A DNA stretch of 64,000 nucleotides from Helicobacteraceae bacterium. Lineage in GTDB: Bacteria > Campylobacterota > Campylobacteria > Campylobacterales > Sulfurimonadaceae. The stretch covers positions 55,384-119,383 of the forward strand of contig JAMONY010000011.1 in the NCBI GenBank assembly GCA_027066325.1, read 5' to 3'. Both the position numbers and the translations under genes were made by a program. The notes below the pieces were generated by a model that did not search any database, was not told the DNA's origin, and worked only from the letters and a program-made list of their open reading frames with translations. Shown here piece by piece: positions 59,307-64,000 of this stretch (positions within the stretch are counted from its first letter, which is position 1; every line of letters begins with the position of its first letter).

Positions 59307-61457
59307 ATGAAGTTAGGTAGATATTTTAAGCAGCTTGGTCTACTTTGTGGTGCCAGTTTGCTTGTGGCATGTGGCGGTAGCTCAGGCTCATCGTCCAGCA
59401 ACAAAGCACCGGTCATAACAAGTGCCGCAACATTTTCTGTAGCTGAAAATCAGCTTAGTGCTTTTACGATAACAGCAACTGATGAGGATAATGACACCAT
59501 AGTCTATTCGCTTGAGGGCGGAGCTGATGTTGGCATGTTTAACATAGGCTCATCTACAGGTGTAGTCACCTTTAAGGTTGCGCCAGATTATGAGACAAAA
59601 TCTAGCTACAGTATTGTGGTGGGTGCGGATGATGGTAGTGATAAGACTACAAAGAGCATAACGGTTAGTATTACGGATGTATTTGAGCCTGCGTTAACCT
59701 CGATGCCAGTTATCACTAGCTTGGCAACTGCAACTGTTCCTGAAAATCAGTTTAGTGCAATCACCATAGTAGCCTCTGATTTTTCAAACAGTACAATGAT
59801 CTACTCTATAGAGCCAGGTGCAGACGCTAGTAGTTTTGATATCAACTCATCTACTGGTGTTGTAACCTTTAAGGTGGCCCCTGATTATGAGACAAAAAGC
59901 AGCTACACATTTGTAGCGGCAGCTTATAATGGTTCACTTAAAGGCACTAAAAGCATTACTATAACAGTTAGTGATATTGCTGAAAATAGCGAGGCTGTTA
60001 TCACAAGTGCTAGCGCTGTAAGTGTTGCAGAGAATCAGACTAGCATCTTGCGTGTCACTGCTACTGACGCAGATGGTGATACGCTCTCTTATCTTATTAG
60101 TGGTGGAGTTGATGCTACTTCTGTTGCGATCAACTCATCTACTGGTGTACTTGTTTTTACAGTTGCGCCTGATTATGAGACAAAATCTAGCTACTCTTTG
60201 ATTGTTGGTGTGAGTGATGGCTCAAGTATTACAACTCAAGAGTTAAATATAACCATCACTGATGTAGCTGAAGGCTCTGCACCCATCATAGCAACGACAA
60301 GCACTCAAAATGCAAATGAGAATCAATCAAGAGCATTTGTAGTTGTAGCAACCGATATTGACGCAGATGTTATAACTTACACCATAGAGGGTGGGGCAGA
60401 TGCCAATAAGTTTGATATCAATGCCTCTTCTGGAGTGGTGACATTTAAAGTAGCTCCTGATTATGAGACAAAGTCTAGTTATGTAGTTATGGTTGGTGCA
60501 AAAGATGCTACACACACAACAACCAAAGAGATTACAGTAAGTATCAATAATCTAGATGGTGCCAGTTTGGTTCCACAAACGGCACAGACGACAAGCTATG
60601 TAGCAGATGATGATGGTGATTATGAGTCTGGTGTAACTAGAGAGTTTAAAGATAAATCAATCTCTTTATTGGGAGCTTCATTTGGGCATACCCTTATTGA
60701 TAAGGCGACATCTCTAGAGTGGTTCAATGAGAGCGTGAGTGATGCTAATCATAGTGGTGCTCAATCTTTTTGCGAGAACTCTGTCTTTGCTCTAAAGAGT
60801 GACTGGAGACTGCCAACTATAGATGAGTTAAATACTTTGGCTAATCGCAGCAAGAGTAATCCTGTAAGCTTTAGTGAGCTAGATGGCATGAAAAGTTCTG
60901 GGTTCTACTGGTCACTAACAGCATATAAAAGAGGTGCTAGCTCAAACATGCACTATATCTATGCGATGAATGGCGGTTTAAGTTTAGCTTGGGGTGATAC
61001 ATTAAATGGTCATGTTCGGTGTGTAAGAGATACTAAAGAGCCGCGCTATGAGCCTCTAAACAGAAGCAATAGTGTTGTGTATGACGCTGTACATGGTCTT
61101 GAGTGGAGTGATTATAGCGGATTGATTTTTGTCAATGGTGGAGTTAGACCAAATAGCATCAAAGAGGGGACATTTGCTGAAGCTATAGCTGGATGTGAGA
61201 GTCTCTACTCTGCCAATAAAAGAGATTGGAGATTACCAAATATCAATGAACTAGCTACAGCTGTAGATTTTGATAAGAGTAGCGGGTCGATTTTTGATAA
61301 TGCATTTAGCTTACATAGTAGTGGTGATTATATATCTTCAACTACTTATGAGCAGAGCAACTCTAGTGCTCTTTACATAAACTCAAAGGGGTTTATACTA
61401 GCAGGTTCTAAGAGCAGAACCTATAAGTACCGTTGTGTAAGAACAACTGGAGATTAA
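59307..61457 (+). CDS. Surface lipoprotein with four cadherin-like repeats and two C-terminal DUF1566 (Lcl C-terminal-like) domains
   Basis: 716 aa. Lipobox LLVAC followed by GGSSGSSSS. Four repeats of about 96 aa, each ending VAPDYETKSSY...ITVSITDV. Two modules with DWRLPTIDEL / DWRLPNINEL ... (V/Y)RCVR. Confidence 0.8.
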   Translation: MKLGRYFKQLGLLCGASLLVACGGSSGSSSSNKAPVITSAATFSVAENQLSAFTITATDEDNDTIVYSLEGGADVGMFNIGSSTGVVTFKVAPDYETKSSYSIVVGADDGSDKTTKSITVSITDVFEPALTSMPVITSLATATVPENQFSAITIVASDFSNSTMIYSIEPGADASSFDINSSTGVVTFKVAPDYETKSSYTFVAAAYNGSLKGTKSITITVSDIAENSEAVITSASAVSVAENQTSILRVTATDADGDTLSYLISGGVDATSVAINSSTGVLVFTVAPDYETKSSYSLIVGVSDGSSITTQELNITITDVAEGSAPIIATTSTQNANENQSRAFVVVATDIDADVITYTIEGGADANKFDINASSGVVTFKVAPDYETKSSYVVMVGAKDATHTTTKEITVSINNLDGASLVPQTAQTTSYVADDDGDYESGVTREFKDKSISLLGASFGHTLIDKATSLEWFNESVSDANHSGAQSFCENSVFALKSDWRLPTIDELNTLANRSKSNPVSFSELDGMKSSGFYWSLTAYKRGASSNMHYIYAMNGGLSLAWGDTLNGHVRCVRDTKEPRYEPLNRSNSVVYDAVHGLEWSDYSGLIFVNGGVRPNSIKEGTFAEAIAGCESLYSANKRDWRLPNINELATAVDFDKSSGSIFDNAFSLHSSGDYISSTTYEQSNSSALYINSKGFILAGSKSRTYKYRCVRTTGD
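59406..60560 (+). repeat. Four tandem coding repeats of about 288-297 bp (cadherin-like modules)
   Basis: The near-identical core GATTATGAGACAAA recurs at about 59586, 59883, 60171 and 60458. Confidence 0.85.
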
Positions 61458-61464
61458 CAAGTAG

Positions 61465-61488
61465 GCAAGAGCAGGGTTTCTCTCTTGC
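61465..61488. terminator. Putative terminator hairpin between the convergent adhesin-like and porin genes
   Basis: GCAAGAG (61465-61471), a 10-nt loop, CTCTTGC (61482-61488), then TTTC. Confidence 0.5.
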
Positions 61489-61491
61489 TTT

Positions 61492-62658
61492 CTACCACTT
61501 AACCTCAGCTGTGATCATATAGTCCGTGTGACTAACTGCATCTTTGCCACTATAGTCTTTATCGTCTAGCGGATCAAAGATGTTGGCATTTGCTATCCAT
61601 GTGATGTTACTATTTTGTTTATATGATAAACCTACAACAGTATCTAGCGTATCGTATGTTTTGTCATTGAGCTTATCATCCGCGCTCCAGATGCCGTAGC
61701 GTCCAAATAGTGCGATTTTTTTACTCTCTCCAACTCTATAGGTAGCATTGATGCTGTATCCACTACCACTTTTTTTAGTTGTATCTTTATCGTTTGATGC
61801 ACTTAGGTACTGTGCAGATAGTAAAAATCGTGGCTGATTATAGACCGCATGGATACCATAATATGAGTATGTCTTGCCACTATTTAGGCTATTTTTTATG
61901 TTGTATTGACCCATGGTTGAGATATCAAAGTAGCTCATCTTTGTAGGTTTGCGTTTTTTGTTACCATTTCCAAGTAGTGCAGCAGTAAGACGGTACTCTA
62001 AAGAGACACTCTCACCATCTTCTTTGCCATAGTACCCTTCTCCATTAAAGATACCAATATCGGATGAGAAGTAGGGTGTGCGTGTCTGAAAATTTAGACC
62101 AAGGTCAGTTGAGCCTGTAATGTTTCCAGCTCTTTTAGACTCTGTAAAAGTCTTTGAGATAGCACGATAGTGCCAACTACTTTTTTGCTCATAGTCTATC
62201 CATGGACGGTGTGCTTGACCTATCTCTACACTTGTGTATGGGAGTATATTATTGAGATACAGATAAGCGTACTTGAGGCGAATAGCCCAAGTGCCGTCTA
62301 TCTTGCCACTATCTTTAACCTGAAATGAGTCAAGAGTAACTCTCATATATGAGGCTGGATCATCTAGTAGATACGCTTTTACCTGCAGGTAATTTCGTCT
62401 AGTTTCAAACTGACCTTTGCTACCTACATCTTGACTTCTGTAAGTGTAGCCCAAGTAGTGTTTGCCTGAGAGCTTAACTTTGCTAGATTTAGCAAATAGC
62501 GGTGTGTTACTCTTGCTATCTAAGTTGCCTAGCACTACTCTAGATTTGCCAGGTGTGCTAAAGAGCTCCCCGCTACTCTCATCTACATATATTGTTGCTG
62601 CATTTAAGCTAGCAAGTATCGTGCCTGATGTTAGAAGTGATATTGCCAATTTACTCAT
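61492..62658 (-). CDS. Outer membrane porin (beta-barrel; possibly OprO/P-like, family not resolved)
   Basis: 388 aa. Signal peptide (ILASLNA), an alternating strand pattern, and C-terminal ...AEVKW. Confidence 0.6.
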   Translation of the reverse strand: MSKLAISLLTSGTILASLNAATIYVDESSGELFSTPGKSRVVLGNLDSKSNTPLFAKSSKVKLSGKHYLGYTYRSQDVGSKGQFETRRNYLQVKAYLLDDPASYMRVTLDSFQVKDSGKIDGTWAIRLKYAYLYLNNILPYTSVEIGQAHRPWIDYEQKSSWHYRAISKTFTESKRAGNITGSTDLGLNFQTRTPYFSSDIGIFNGEGYYGKEDGESVSLEYRLTAALLGNGNKKRKPTKMSYFDISTMGQYNIKNSLNSGKTYSYYGIHAVYNQPRFLLSAQYLSASNDKDTTKKSGSGYSINATYRVGESKKIALFGRYGIWSADDKLNDKTYDTLDTVVGLSYKQNSNITWIANANIFDPLDDKDYSGKDAVSHTDYMITAEVKW

Positions 62659-62705
62659 AAAGTTACTCTCCTGTGGTTTTGTTTGTAGAAGTTTACCAAT
62701 TTAAC

Positions 62706-62724
62706 ATTACAGAATGATTACAGA
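62706..62724. promoter_or_regulatory. Direct repeat ATTACAGA-n3-ATTACAGA (11-bp period) in the porin/kinase divergent intergenic region
   Basis: An exact 8-bp direct repeat. This geometry is typical of OmpR/PhoB-family binding sites. Confidence 0.3.
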
Positions 62725-62746
62725 TCAAGTTGCTTGAGTGAAAAAA

Positions 62747-62755
62747 TGATATAAT
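62747..62755 (+). promoter_or_regulatory. Extended -10 element TGATATAAT, 6 nt upstream of the kinase ATG
   Basis: An exact TGnTATAAT ending at 62755. The ATG is at 62761 and no SD lies between them. Confidence 0.4.
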
Positions 62756-62760
62756 TGTCT

Positions 62761-63807
62761 ATGCGTAAGTTTAAAGATCATCTACACTCACATGTACTAT
62801 TGTTAGCTGTTGTATTGTTGCTGCTCTCGTCTGTTGTGTCACTGATGCTATATTATCTACTTTTTGGTAGCAAGATAGAGTCTGATAGATTGGTGTTGAT
62901 TTTTCTTAACACATCACTACTTGTGGGCGCTGTATCTGGATTGTGGTATCTGATCTTTCGTCGTATCGCTTTTGAGGTGAAGCAGGATACAGATGCTATA
63001 TTGGGATATCTTGAGGATGTGAGCCATAAAAATTATGGAGCAACTATTAGATCTGAGCACTTTTTAGAGTTTTTACAGATCTCTTTAAAGATGAAAAATC
63101 TTGTAAAAAAGCTTCAAAAGCGTGATAAACAGCGTCGTAAAGCTGTAGCCAAATTTCGTGTATCTAGCAGGCAAAAGAGTGATATTCTCTCAGCCATATC
63201 ACATGAGATAAAAAATCCAATCACAGCCATCTTGGGCTATTCTGAAGCTCTTATGGAGGATGGCTTAGATCACGAGAAACAGAAGAGATTTCTTAAAAAG
63301 ATAGTAAATAACAGTGCAAAAATAACAGCTATTATCGATAAGTTAACCCTACTTAGCAGTCTTGAAGAGGGTAGAAGTGAGCCAAAGCTAGAGAAGTTTA
63401 ATCTGTATGAGCTCTCCTATCAGATAGCCTTAGATGCTCAAATAAGCAGAAAACAGAGTAGGGTGGAGTTAGATATCCCCGCAGATGTTATGATCAAGAG
63501 CGATAAAATTTTGATGCAGATAGTGATCACCAATCTTGTTGAAAATGCCCTAAAGTATTCAGATAAAATGGTATTAGTTCAGTTTAAAGATAGTCATCTA
63601 AGTGTTACTGATCAAGGTATAGGCATAGAGAGTTCAAAGCTTAAAAAGATCACAAAAAAGTACTACAGAGTTAAAGCCAATAGTTGGGATAACTCCATGG
63701 GTCTTGGTCTTTTTATAGTTACGACTATATTAAAAGAGCTTGGTAGCAGGCTTGATATATCTAGTCACCCTAACGAAGGTTCAAGTTTCTCATTTGAGAT
63801 AAAGTGA
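62761..63807 (+). CDS. Sensor histidine kinase (HisKA + HATPase_c, PhoR/EnvZ-like)
   Basis: Two N-terminal TM helices, H-box SHEIKNPITAILGYSE, N-box NLVENALKYS and G-box DQGIGI...MGLGLFIV. Confidence 0.85.
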   Translation: MRKFKDHLHSHVLLLAVVLLLLSSVVSLMLYYLLFGSKIESDRLVLIFLNTSLLVGAVSGLWYLIFRRIAFEVKQDTDAILGYLEDVSHKNYGATIRSEHFLEFLQISLKMKNLVKKLQKRDKQRRKAVAKFRVSSRQKSDILSAISHEIKNPITAILGYSEALMEDGLDHEKQKRFLKKIVNNSAKITAIIDKLTLLSSLEEGRSEPKLEKFNLYELSYQIALDAQISRKQSRVELDIPADVMIKSDKILMQIVITNLVENALKYSDKMVLVQFKDSHLSVTDQGIGIESSKLKKITKKYYRVKANSWDNSMGLGLFIVTTILKELGSRLDISSHPNEGSSFSFEIK

Positions 63808-63836
63808 TATAATAACAAAAAAATAAAAGAGCAGCT

Positions 63837-64000
63837 ATGCAGATCAAACAGCACCCTATGGGGATGTACCAGACAAATTGTTATATTGTAACGGACAATA
63901 AGCAAGATATTATTATAGACCCAGGAGTTGGAGCTACTGAGTGGGTAAAAAGCAACACTACAAATCCTATTGCTATCTTAAATACACATGGACATTTTGA
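63837..64000 (+). CDS. MBL-fold metallo-hydrolase (N-terminal fragment; continues beyond the window)
   Basis: My manual translation is MQIKQHPMGMYQTNCYIVTDNKQDIIIDPGVG...ILNTHGHFD, which carries the HxHxD motif. Confidence 0.7.
   Translation, partial: MQIKQHPMGMYQTNCYIVTDNKQDIIIDPGVGATEWVKSNTTNPIAILNTHGHF

Noticed and set aside
1-64000. Search by eye for tRNA, rRNA, CRISPR repeats, transposases, integrases, toxin-antitoxin pairs and known defence-system genes.
   Set aside because: Every gap is 243 bp or shorter and none shows tRNA-like GC-rich stems or repeat-spacer periodicity. No ORF has recombinase, nuclease-helicase or reverse-transcriptase motifs. A covariance-model scan (Infernal/Rfam, tRNAscan) would be needed to exclude small ncRNAs formally.

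Overview
This is a dense chromosomal window with about 62 protein-coding genes and short or overlapping junctions. It looks like an AT-rich Campylobacterota (epsilonproteobacterium-like) genome. That assignment is an inference from gene content and neighbourhoods (UPF0323 lipoprotein next to a GspS-like ligase, acnB, folD-lepB, rpmH-rnpA-yidD-yidC-jag-mnmE) and from TGnTATAAT-type promoters.

Most genes are housekeeping: folD, lepB, rpiB, apt, trpB, carB, acnB, pepN, ligA, tlyA, psd, proA, uvrA, ruvX, mnmE, yidC, rnpA, rpmH and hemL. I found no rRNA, tRNA, CRISPR array, transposase or integrase, and no recognisable defence system.

Accessory-looking parts:
- The edge of a halogenase-like / acyltransferase / GT2 lipid locus (1-2792).
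- A low-GC three-gene operon of unknown function (2893-5403).
- A low-GC arsR-arsC-arsB operon with a 32-bp operator-like palindrome.
- An efflux operon with a TolC-like gene, an unusually short adaptor and an RND pump split into two overlapping ORFs (34231-39738).
- Signalling genes: a sensor-less hybrid kinase with REC-GGDEF, a degenerate EAL-HDOD protein, and two further kinases.
- A lipoprotein with four cadherin-like repeats and two DUF1566 domains.

The pattern I consider most worth follow-up involves four genes: GT2, the TsaC/YrdC-like gene, TauE/SafE and yidD. In each, a conserved N-terminal motif is encoded upstream of the first ATG/GTG/TTG. In each, an in-frame ATA sits where the start codon should be. 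Three of the four ATA codons have GGAG/AGGAG 7-11 nt upstream, and two overlap the upstream stop codon (ATAA, TGATA) the way coupled ATG starts do.

All calls rest on reading the sequence and the ORF track. No database search was run.
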